NCBI GenBank assembly: GCA_964564255.1
Contig: CAZMAZ010000003.1
Span: forward strand, 1-33,894
From: an uncultured Clostridium sp.
Lineage (GTDB): Bacteria > Bacillota > Clostridia > Oscillospirales > CAG-272
Direction of reading: 5' to 3'
DNA length: 33,894 nucleotides
The notes under the pieces are model-generated. The model made no database searches. It saw only the letters and a program-made list of their open reading frames with translations, and was not told the DNA's origin. Made by a program: the position numbers and the translations under genes. Shown here in pieces: positions 7,747 to 15,097 of the stretch; positions within the stretch are counted from its first letter, which is position 1, and every line of letters starts with the position of its first letter.

Positions 7747-9609
7747 TTATCTGTCTGCTTTATCCTTTTTATCATTTTTACTTTGAAAATAGGCAACAAC
7801 AGCGGCAGCATCTCGTTTACTGATTCCGCGAATTTCCGCTATACGGATCTCCTCTGCTTCCGCCAGGGCGGACATACTGCCAAAGGCGGACAGCAAAATC
7901 TTGGCTTTTGTCGGGCCGATACCGGGAATGGCGGTCAATGCGGAAGAACGCAGTGTTTTTCGTTTCGCCGCTTGCATTCGCTGTAAAGTAAAGCGATGGA
8001 CCTCTTCCTGCAATTTGTACAAAAACACATAAACCGCATTTTCGCGTGCGATGTTTATTTCTTCCCTGTCCGTACACAAAGCGCGCGTCTTATGGTAGGC
8101 ATCCTTCACCATTCCGAAAACAGGAATGTCCTCTCCCTGCTCTTTCAGTACCTGTCGTATTACCGCAACATGATTCATCCCGCCATCCAGCAAAATCAAA
8201 TCGGGACGATGCGAAAAAGAACCGTCTTGATCCTGAAAATGTGCTATTCTGCGAGAAATGGCTTCTTTCATACTGGCGTAGTCATCCGTGCCCTCAACCG
8301 ATGCAATTCGAAAATATCTGTAATCACTTTTGCAAAATTTACCGTTTTCACAAACAATCATGCCTGCCGTTAGATGTTCATCTCCGTAATTGGAAATATC
8401 GTACACTTCAATCCGAACAGGATAGGTATCCAGTAAAAGGAGCTCACACAATCGCGTCAATACACCGTCATCCCGTTCCGCTTCTTTTCGTGCGGATCGA
8501 ACCGCTTCTTCCGCATTTGCTCGCACTGTTTCGCAAAGAGAGCGACTACCGCCTCGCGCAGGTGTTCTTACCTGCACACGGTGTGTTGCGCGCTGTGAAA
8601 GATAATCCGCAAGCAATTCGCGGTCCTCTTCTTCCGGATCGAAAGATAAAAGAACGGTACGCGGTACATCATCACGCCTGCTGTAATATTCGTACAAAAA
8701 GGAAATAACAGCACTTTCGTCCGCAATGGCATCCCGCCCAAACGAAAAACGGTCGGTGTCCGCAACAATCCCCGAACGAATGGAAAAAATCGAAATACAT
8801 GCGCCGAAATCGTCGGTATAAAATCCGATAGCATCTTCTTCGGTATCGGGCGATTCCACTACATGCTGCTTGGAACGCAAACGATCCAATGCCGCAATAG
8901 CATCTCGACACCGTGCCGCCGTTTCGTACCGCTCCTCTTCGGCGGCACGCAACATTTCTTGGTTTAATGCATTTTTAGCTCCGCTGATATTGCCACGCAA
9001 AATGTCCGCCGCGGTATGAATCAACTCTGCATACTCTTGCGCAGAAATCTGTCCCGTACAAACCCCGCAACACTGCTTCATCTGATAGTAAATACAGGGG
9101 CGGGTAGTTCCTATATCACGAGGAAATTGTCGCTTGCAACTCGGTAGCCCCAGCGTCCGCCTAAGCATGCCGATCACAGCATAAACAGTAGATACTCCGG
9201 AATAGGGTCCAAAATACTTCCCTTTGTCATTTTTCCGCTGTCTGGTCATCACAAGTGTTGGATAAGGTCCATCTGTAATTTTGATATAAGGGTAAGACTT
9301 TGCATCCTTAAGACGAATATTGTATTTGGGAGAATATCGTTTGATCAATGTGTTTTCAAGCGTCAGGGCTTCAATTTCGGTTGAACAGATATAATAATCA
9401 AAATCCACAACAGATGCAACCATTCGTTCGGTTTTGATGTTTTTTTCTCCTGCGCGAAAATACTGTGAAACGCGATTTTTTAATTTACGCGACTTTCCTA
9501 CATAAATAACCGTCCCATCTCTTCCGCGCATTACATAAACGCCCGGACAAAGCGGCAAAGTATTTGCTTTTTCCAAAAGCTTTTCTAACTCCTGCGCACG
9601 AATTGCCAT
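7747..9609 (-). CDS. uvrC: Excinuclease ABC subunit C
   Basis: The GIY-YIG N-terminus (PGVYVMRGRDGTVIYVGKSRKLKNRV), the UVR domain, the endonuclease V-like domain and a C-terminal (HhH)2 (LTAIPGIGPTKAKILL) are all visible. I set the start at the ATG at 9607-9609, preceded by GGAAGGAGGAAAG. Confidence 0.95.
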   Translation of the reverse strand: MAIRAQELEKLLEKANTLPLCPGVYVMRGRDGTVIYVGKSRKLKNRVSQYFRAGEKNIKTERMVASVVDFDYYICSTEIEALTLENTLIKRYSPKYNIRLKDAKSYPYIKITDGPYPTLVMTRQRKNDKGKYFGPYSGVSTVYAVIGMLRRTLGLPSCKRQFPRDIGTTRPCIYYQMKQCCGVCTGQISAQEYAELIHTAADILRGNISGAKNALNQEMLRAAEEERYETAARCRDAIAALDRLRSKQHVVESPDTEEDAIGFYTDDFGACISIFSIRSGIVADTDRFSFGRDAIADESAVISFLYEYYSRRDDVPRTVLLSFDPEEEDRELLADYLSQRATHRVQVRTPARGGSRSLCETVRANAEEAVRSARKEAERDDGVLTRLCELLLLDTYPVRIEVYDISNYGDEHLTAGMIVCENGKFCKSDYRYFRIASVEGTDDYASMKEAISRRIAHFQDQDGSFSHRPDLILLDGGMNHVAVIRQVLKEQGEDIPVFGMVKDAYHKTRALCTDREEINIARENAVYVFLYKLQEEVHRFTLQRMQAAKRKTLRSSALTAIPGIGPTKAKILLSAFGSMSALAEAEEIRIAEIRGISKRDAAAVVAYFQSKNDKKDKADR

Positions 9610-9684
9610 ATGCTTTCCTCCTTCCCGATCAATAAACTTTGATCGGTTCCTTTTCCCGGTTGTTTGCTCTTTTGACACATACAG

Positions 9685-9737
9685 CAAAAAGGCGGCACGC
9701 GATGCATCGCAAATGATGCTGTCCGCCATGCCGCCGT
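9685..9737 (-). terminator. Rho-independent terminator after ptsH
   Basis: On the minus strand the stem GGCGGCA...TGCCGCC (plus-strand 9691-9697 / 9729-9735) encloses an inner GCGATGCATCGC palindrome. It is followed by TTTTTG. Confidence 0.55.
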
Positions 9738-9749
9738 CTCGGTGCAATC

Positions 9750-10013
9750 TTATTCCGCAAAACCGGAGTTGACCAATGCCTCCAAACCGTCGATCGCGGC
9801 ATTCTCGTCTTGCCCGTCTGCAATCAAACGAACAGTCATGCCCTTTGCGATTCCTAACGACAAGACTCCAAGAAGGCTCTTCGCATTGACCTTTCTGTCA
9901 TCCTTTTCAATCCAAATGGAACACTTGTAGCAATTCGCCTTTTGAATGAAAAATGTTGCCGGCCTTGCATGTAATCCGCGCGTATTGGTAATAACGATGT
10001 CACGGGTTTTCAT
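9750..10013 (-). CDS. ptsH: HPr family phosphocarrier protein
   Basis: 87 aa: MKTRDIVITNTRGLHARPAT... carries His15, and ...NAKSLLGVLSLG carries Ser46. The ribosome-binding site is GAGGAGAG. The 79-codon upstream extension in the ORF track is not HPr-like. Confidence 0.9.
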   Translation of the reverse strand: MKTRDIVITNTRGLHARPATFFIQKANCYKCSIWIEKDDRKVNAKSLLGVLSLGIAKGMTVRLIADGQDENAAIDGLEALVNSGFAE

Positions 10014-10506
10014 ATAACTCTCCTCTATTCCTCTGTTCGGCTTTACAGGTGCTTTCCCTGCTTTCGTACATACTGTAAATAGTATATCAAAAGGAGGTGG
10101 CAAAATCAAGAGTATTTTTGGAGATTTTACATGGAAATGATTTTTCGAATTTGTGTGTATTGCACAAAAGAAGCTACAGCAAATCCACATTATAACCGAA
10201 ACCTCGTATTTTTTCGCGTTTAAAGTAATATTTTTTACATTTGTTACCAAGTGTCATTCAAAACTCCGCGGTTTGCAAGATTGAGAACCACTCTTCTCTA
10301 TGATCCCTCCTTCCCTCAAAAATTCCTTTCCGCACTGTTTTTTTGCGATTCCTTTCAACGGATTTGCAAAGCAATTGTGGGGTATATCCCTATGCCATAT
10401 ATCATTATATCATCTATAAACCAATATTGCAATAGTAATACCATCCAAAAACAAACATTTTTTCGTCTCTTATGGGTTAAAATATAATAAAGGACGGTGA
10501 TTCATA

Positions 10507-10818
10507 ATGGATGAAAAAGATTTTGCGCTTCGTTTAGCCAAACTAAGGGAGAAAAAAGGCGTATCGGCACGTGATATGAGTCTATCTATTGGGCAAAATC
10601 CGGGCTACATTAACAATATTGAAACAGGAAAATCGCTTCCGTCATTGACCGGTATTTTTTATATCTGTGAATATTTAGGTGTAACCCCCGGACAATTTTT
10701 CGATATGGATGTCTCCAACCCTTCAAAACTTGATGCCATTATTAACGATATGAAAAAATTGAATGACAGACAGCTTGATACCATCGCAACACTCGTCAAA
10801 GATCTGATCAAAAAATAA
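10507..10818 (+). CDS. XRE-family helix-turn-helix transcriptional regulator
   Basis: The sequence FALRLAKLREKKGVSARDMSLSIGQNPGYINNIETGKSLPSLTGIFYICEYLGVTPGQFF is a canonical Cro/C1-type HTH. The protein is 103 aa. Confidence 0.85.
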   Translation: MDEKDFALRLAKLREKKGVSARDMSLSIGQNPGYINNIETGKSLPSLTGIFYICEYLGVTPGQFFDMDVSNPSKLDAIINDMKKLNDRQLDTIATLVKDLIKK

Positions 10819-10832
10819 GGCCCTTTTTCGCC

Positions 10833-10882
10833 AAAACGCAAGCCGCGCTTCGTTCTTCGAACGATGACGCGGCTTGCGTTTT
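10833..10882. terminator. Bidirectional terminator hairpin
   Basis: A 15-bp perfect stem pairs AAAACGCAAGCCGCG with CGCGGCTTGCGTTTT. The loop contains a 5-bp stem (CGTTC/GAACG). A4 and T4 flanks allow it to work on both strands. Confidence 0.6.
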
Positions 10883-10886
10883 ACAA

Positions 10887-10929
10887 CAAACGACATCCGA
10901 CCAAAGTCGGATGTCGTTTGTTTGATTTT
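10887..10929 (+). terminator. Rho-independent terminator (second hairpin of a tandem pair)
   Basis: A 15-bp perfect stem pairs CAAACGACATCCGAC with GTCGGATGTCGTTTG around a 4-nt loop. It is followed by TTTGATTTT. Confidence 0.7.
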
Positions 10930-10999
10930 ATTTTCGTCTGCAGTTACCGATTTCGTAATTTCTTCTCGGGTTACCATTTCGCAGACACACAACCGATCT

Positions 11000-11452
11000 T
11001 TACAGTTTCTTATAAACAATCCAAAGATCGTCCCCGTCTTGCACCTGATACTCACTCATTTTTGCATCTACTTCACTGCCGTTGATCTGCAAAATGAACA
11101 TGTAACGGCTATTGCCGACAGCACCCGCTTTCATATCGCCGATGGTTGAAATACTACCGTTTTCGGTAGCAAATTTGATGGTCGATTTGGCATCGATTGC
11201 ACAGTACCAATCAAGAATTTTGATCGGACTGGTATCTCCGTCCTGAGCAACAAATTCATAATTGTCCTTTTCATATACGACCTTGTCCTCATTTTTGATT
11301 TTCAAATTGATGGTAATCACAGGCGCGCGGGTATATTCACTTGTGTCTACTTCATTGGGATCGCTCTTTCCGCTGCTACCGGAACAGGAAACAGCACATG
11401 CAGTCAGCATCAAAATGACGAGGATCAGGGAAAGCCCTTTTACAAATCTCAT
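11000..11452 (-). CDS. Lipoprotein, DUF4430-like
   Basis: The signal peptide has a lipobox (MRFVKGLSLILVILMLTAC). The C-terminus ...ILQINGSEVDAKMSEYQVQDGDDLWIVYKKL resembles the DUF4430 (transcobalamin-like beta domain) ending. The ribosome-binding site is AAGGAG. Confidence 0.6.
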   Translation of the reverse strand: MRFVKGLSLILVILMLTACAVSCSGSSGKSDPNEVDTSEYTRAPVITINLKIKNEDKVVYEKDNYEFVAQDGDTSPIKILDWYCAIDAKSTIKFATENGSISTIGDMKAGAVGNSRYMFILQINGSEVDAKMSEYQVQDGDDLWIVYKKL

Positions 11453-11487
11453 GTTTCTAACTCCTTACAGAATATATCTATGTATCT

Positions 11488-11516
11488 ATTATACCCTAAT
11501 TTCTTGCATTTGTCAA
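11488..11516 (-). promoter_or_regulatory. Sigma-A-type promoter (TTGACA-17-TATAAT) for the DUF4430 lipoprotein gene
   Basis: The minus strand reads TTGACA aatgcaagaaattaggg TATAAT, a perfect consensus with a 17-nt spacer about 35 nt upstream of the ATG. Confidence 0.5.
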
Positions 11517-11587
11517 CCGCCCCGTCCGCAACTTTATCTTTCGGAATTAACAAAATTTCGGTTGCTTTTTTGTGCATTTTGTCACAA

Positions 11588-12097
11588 TTAAATTCTAAGT
11601 AAAAGATTTAAACCCAAAATCGTCAGGTATAAAAGCCAAACACCGTATCCTCCGATCAGAACGCCGACGCCTTTGCAAATTCGAATCCAATCCGCAACGG
11701 TCATAATGGCAAAAAAGAGCGAAGCTACAAGAAACAGAAATCCGAGCAAACGGGCATTGACCGCAAAAAAGCAAGGATAGAACAAAAAACCGGCTCCCAA
11801 CATCAAAAGAAATCGCATTCCGCCACGGTAGGCATACGGCGTTTTCACTTTGCGTCCGAAAAACAGATAGCCTGCCGATACGCCCAAAAAGAAATGCCAT
11901 AAAAACCAAAGAACGCTTAAAAATTTAAGAGACGGCAGATAATCCGCCATGCCGTAAAGATGAACTGCTTGATACGGATCTCCGCTCAGATACCGAACAA
12001 TCAAACAGCATGCCGCACAAACGGCGCCACAAAGTATCATCGGCACAAGCGAAATCCGTGTTTCGCTGCTAATTCGTCTCACGCCAACCTTTCTCAT
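11588..12097 (-). CDS. Small polytopic membrane protein (about 5 TM), function unknown
   Basis: 169 aa counted from the ATG at 12095-12097, which is preceded by AAAGGAGA. The protein is Trp/Phe-rich and hydrophobic (LSVLWFLWHFFLGVSAGYLFF). A TspO-like or ECF-S-like assignment is only a guess. Confidence 0.6.
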   Translation of the reverse strand: MRKVGVRRISSETRISLVPMILCGAVCAACCLIVRYLSGDPYQAVHLYGMADYLPSLKFLSVLWFLWHFFLGVSAGYLFFGRKVKTPYAYRGGMRFLLMLGAGFLFYPCFFAVNARLLGFLFLVASLFFAIMTVADWIRICKGVGVLIGGYGVWLLYLTILGLNLLLRI

Positions 12098-12225
12098 CTT
12101 CTCCAAATCTCCTTTGCCACTCTTTTCCGCTTTTGCGTTCACCGAGAAAACAATCAATCCTCTGTACCTTGCTTCCTTAGAAAATATGCAAAAGCGGAAT
12201 CGAATATGCAAAACGGCACCCCCCT

Positions 12226-14346
12226 TTACTGTTCGCATTCATGACAAAAAGCACGAGGCTCCGTTCCCGGGACGAAAAAGCCGGTGGAAATATGCCCTGC
12301 ACATGCATCGCTTGCCAATTCCCCGCTCTTTTGGCAGTAGGTCGCCCGTATCAAATTATCGGGAATCGAAAACATCCTTTTTCCTTCGACAATCGAGGAA
12401 GCATAAAAAGATTGCATCAAATCGTTCCACACGTGCAGGCAGGGATTGCCGTTTGTGTCATCCATGGGGCGCGGATATTCGTGTCCTATCCAAACACCTG
12501 CCAACAACTCGGGGGTGTATCCGATAAACCATCTGTCACAGCTGTTTTGGGTCGTTCCGGTTTTCCCTGCACATTCGATTTTTCGATTGAGTGTCAGCTC
12601 TTCTTTGGTTCCGTAACGCGCTACACGGCGTAAAAGCTGTGTCATAATTGCCGCATTTTCTCTTGACAAAACCAAGCATTCGTCCCCGCCCGTATCATAT
12701 TTCAAAAGAAGATTTCCCTGCGCATCAAAAACGCGGTAATACGAGTGCGGTCTGCGATAAATACCATCGTAGAACACGGTATATCCGCCCGTAATCTCTC
12801 GCAAGGTTACTCCGCGTGAAAGCTGACCCAATGCCAATGCCACACTGTTTTTGTCGTCAATTGTATCGCTCCCTGTTCGGTTGCTCCCGCACAGATGCTC
12901 CATTCCCAATCGGTCGTGCAAAAAGGAAAAAGAGCCTTCCACGCCGACACAGGATACAAGCACGCGCACCGCAACCGTATTGGTAGAATTTAAAAGTGCG
13001 GTTGAAATGTCTGTCTCTCCTCTATAGCAATGATTGGCATTCGCCGGCCACGGTTTGCCACCGAGCATACAAATCGGGCTGTCATCAAATACCGACGACC
13101 AGGTAATCTTTCCTAATTCCAATGCCGGTGCATAAACCGAAAGCGGTTTGATTACAGAACCGACAGGATGCAGTGCATCGGTTGCCAAATTTTGAACCCG
13201 ATCTCCCTGTTTTTCCCCGACGCCGCCCGCGACGCCGAGAATTCTTCCGTCCAAGGGATCAATAATCATAACAGCACACTGTGTCTGTTCTCCATCGGTT
13301 TTAGGGAAATGCGAAAGGTCGGAAAAATAGGTTTCTACCGTTTTTTGAACAGTCGGATCCATGCAGGTTTCAATTCGCAATCCACCGTAATATAGCAAAA
13401 AAGATGCGTATGACTCACTGTATCCGTAGGTTACACAAAGATCATGTATCACATCTGCAATCACCATATCGGTATACCAAGAATGCATTTCATCCGCTTT
13501 TCTGCATTTCCCGTTTGCCGTGTCCGGAACCGATGCTTGCGCAAGCGCACAGGCTTGGGCTGTGATATATCCCTGTTCCGCCATTTGCGAAAGAATCAAA
13601 TCTCTCCGTTCTTGATTATGGTCCGGATGAAGAATCGGATCGTAATACGAGGGATTATTGGCAATCGCTATCAGTGACGCCGATTCGGAAAGCGTTAATT
13701 CGCCGACTTCTTTTCCGAAATAACGACGGGCTGCCGCACCCACACCCCGACATCCTTGCGCAAAATTCACCGTGTTCAAATAGGCTTCCAGTATTTCTGT
13801 TTTATCCGCAACCTCTTCAAGACGGTATGCGGTAATCATTTCACGCAGTTTTCGGTCCGGTGTTTGTTCACTGTCACCGGTCAAATTTTTGACCAATTGC
13901 TGTGTCAGCGTGGAAGCGCCGAACCGTCTGTCAAAATGCAAAAAGTAATTCAATCCCGCAAGAAAGGTACGACGGAAATCGACCCCCGTATGCGTAAAAA
14001 ATCGCTTATCTTCAATTGCAATCAGTGCATTGATCATCTCCTGCGGTATCTCTTCATAACTGACCGGAATACACCATCCCGCACCGTGCAAAATACCGTC
14101 TTCTGTGACACACAATACACGTTCCCGATCAATTTCTTCATAGTGATACAGAATGCTCTCCGCATCGGAAATTGCCATGGATAACATGTCCGCTTCTTGC
14201 AAAAGAACGGTTTGATTTTTCAAGTATGTCGCGCCGATTGATACAAGAATCGCAGTCAAAATCGACAAGATCATGCAGAAAATTAAAAAGCCGTGAAACA
14301 GGCGTGCAAAAATATTTCGTTTTGAATCTCTTCGTTTTTCTTTCAT
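12226..14346 (-). CDS. Class A penicillin-binding protein (glycosyltransferase plus transpeptidase, PBP1A family)
   Basis: GT51 motifs EDKRFFTHTGVD and GASTLTQQLVKN are present. The transpeptidase motifs are SVIK (SxxK), STN (SxN) and KTGTT (KTG). The protein has an N-terminal membrane anchor, and the ribosome-binding site is GGAGGGG. Confidence 0.9.
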   Translation of the reverse strand: MKEKRRDSKRNIFARLFHGFLIFCMILSILTAILVSIGATYLKNQTVLLQEADMLSMAISDAESILYHYEEIDRERVLCVTEDGILHGAGWCIPVSYEEIPQEMINALIAIEDKRFFTHTGVDFRRTFLAGLNYFLHFDRRFGASTLTQQLVKNLTGDSEQTPDRKLREMITAYRLEEVADKTEILEAYLNTVNFAQGCRGVGAAARRYFGKEVGELTLSESASLIAIANNPSYYDPILHPDHNQERRDLILSQMAEQGYITAQACALAQASVPDTANGKCRKADEMHSWYTDMVIADVIHDLCVTYGYSESYASFLLYYGGLRIETCMDPTVQKTVETYFSDLSHFPKTDGEQTQCAVMIIDPLDGRILGVAGGVGEKQGDRVQNLATDALHPVGSVIKPLSVYAPALELGKITWSSVFDDSPICMLGGKPWPANANHCYRGETDISTALLNSTNTVAVRVLVSCVGVEGSFSFLHDRLGMEHLCGSNRTGSDTIDDKNSVALALGQLSRGVTLREITGGYTVFYDGIYRRPHSYYRVFDAQGNLLLKYDTGGDECLVLSRENAAIMTQLLRRVARYGTKEELTLNRKIECAGKTGTTQNSCDRWFIGYTPELLAGVWIGHEYPRPMDDTNGNPCLHVWNDLMQSFYASSIVEGKRMFSIPDNLIRATYCQKSGELASDACAGHISTGFFVPGTEPRAFCHECEQ

Positions 14347-14470
14347 AACCCCTCCGGCAGCAAAAACTCAATACTATATTATCGGTCTGCATATTTTTTG
14401 CATTTTCGAGCAAAATAATAGCAGTCATTTATTCACTGCATCAACTAAAAATGAAAAGAGAGGAAACCTT

Positions 14471-14926
14471 ATGTATCACGACCGTTTTTTTCGTATTTTG
14501 CTATGTGTGCTTTGCTCTTTCACTTTGATTCTTATTTTCTGCGTATCCCACGGTATTCGCACTATGGAAGAGGAAAATGCATTGACACGTAAAACGGCAT
14601 ACAGTGCCGCTCTCTCAATCCAGCGAGAGTTAAAAGCCGCGTGTACAACAAATTCCACATCGGAAACAATCGAAAATGCCCAAAATTCCGAAAATATTCC
14701 GACAGAAGAGGATGCCGAAAACAATCCTTCAACAAACACCTCGTTTTGGATTTTGCGCGAGCAGGACGGAATTCTCTGCGTATTTGATCAATTCGGAACA
14801 CTTACACGGAATGTCGGCACCTCTACCGCCCTTCTGCCGCCGGCAGACCGCGAAGCATTACGAAACGGGATTCGGGTTGAAAGCGAACAGGAGCTGGCTG
14901 AAAAAATCGGAGATTTAACGACCTAA
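14471..14926 (+). CDS. Hypothetical N-terminally membrane-anchored protein
   Basis: 151 aa. A GAGAGGAAA ribosome-binding site lies 5 nt before the ATG. There is one N-terminal hydrophobic helix. I recognised no family. Confidence 0.55.
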   Translation: MYHDRFFRILLCVLCSFTLILIFCVSHGIRTMEEENALTRKTAYSAALSIQRELKAACTTNSTSETIENAQNSENIPTEEDAENNPSTNTSFWILREQDGILCVFDQFGTLTRNVGTSTALLPPADREALRNGIRVESEQELAEKIGDLTT

Positions 14927-15010
14927 TTTTAAAAGGACACCTCTCATAATACAATGCTCGTCCGACATGCGGAAAATTTTTAGAGGTGCCCCCAAAAAAG
15001 AAAAAAAACA

Positions 15011-15050
15011 CCGAACAAATCCGCTCTTAAGTCAAAACGGATTTGTTCGG
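15011..15050. terminator. Bidirectional rho-independent terminator (ends the helicase operon and the convergent plus-strand gene)
   Basis: A 13-bp perfect stem pairs CCGAACAAATCCG with CGGATTTGTTCGG. It is flanked by A8 on the 5' side and CATTTTAT on the 3' side. Confidence 0.7.
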
Positions 15051-15097
15051 CATTTTATATGACAGACTTTGGATCCTCTGCAGCAATTGGTTATATG

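Noticed and set aside
9610-9747. A 46-codon upstream extension of uvrC.
   Set aside because: It overlaps the ptsH terminator hairpin. GGAAGGAGGAAAG sits immediately before the internal ATG, which gives a normal GIY-YIG N-terminus.
10157-10188. A RAT-like (PTS antiterminator target) sequence, GGATTTGCTGTAGC..., in the ptsH upstream region.
   Set aside because: It only loosely resembles the GGATTGTTACTG...GCAGGCAAAACC consensus. There is no overlapping terminator and no BglG/SacY-type antiterminator gene nearby.
9750-10250. The ORF track gives a 166-aa ORF, which would add a 79-aa N-terminal extension to HPr.
   Set aside because: The extension starts at a GTG and has no ribosome-binding site. 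It is Cys/Phe-rich nonsense-like sequence. A strong GAGGAGAG ribosome-binding site sits directly before MKTRD, which yields a canonical 87-aa HPr.
14935-14991. The 14-mer TTTTAGAGGTGCCC occurs twice in intergenic DNA (4401-4414 and 14978-14991). Each copy is followed two bases later by an A-run. The second copy can pair with GGACACCTCT (14935-14944). Partial copies occur at about 6581-6588 and 14816-14825.
   Set aside because: There are only two full copies. The potential hairpin has a loop of about 37 nt and one mismatch, and the partial copies lie in coding sequence. I cannot exclude chance without a genome-wide count. It is worth a word search in the full genome but is not supportable as a repeat family from this window.
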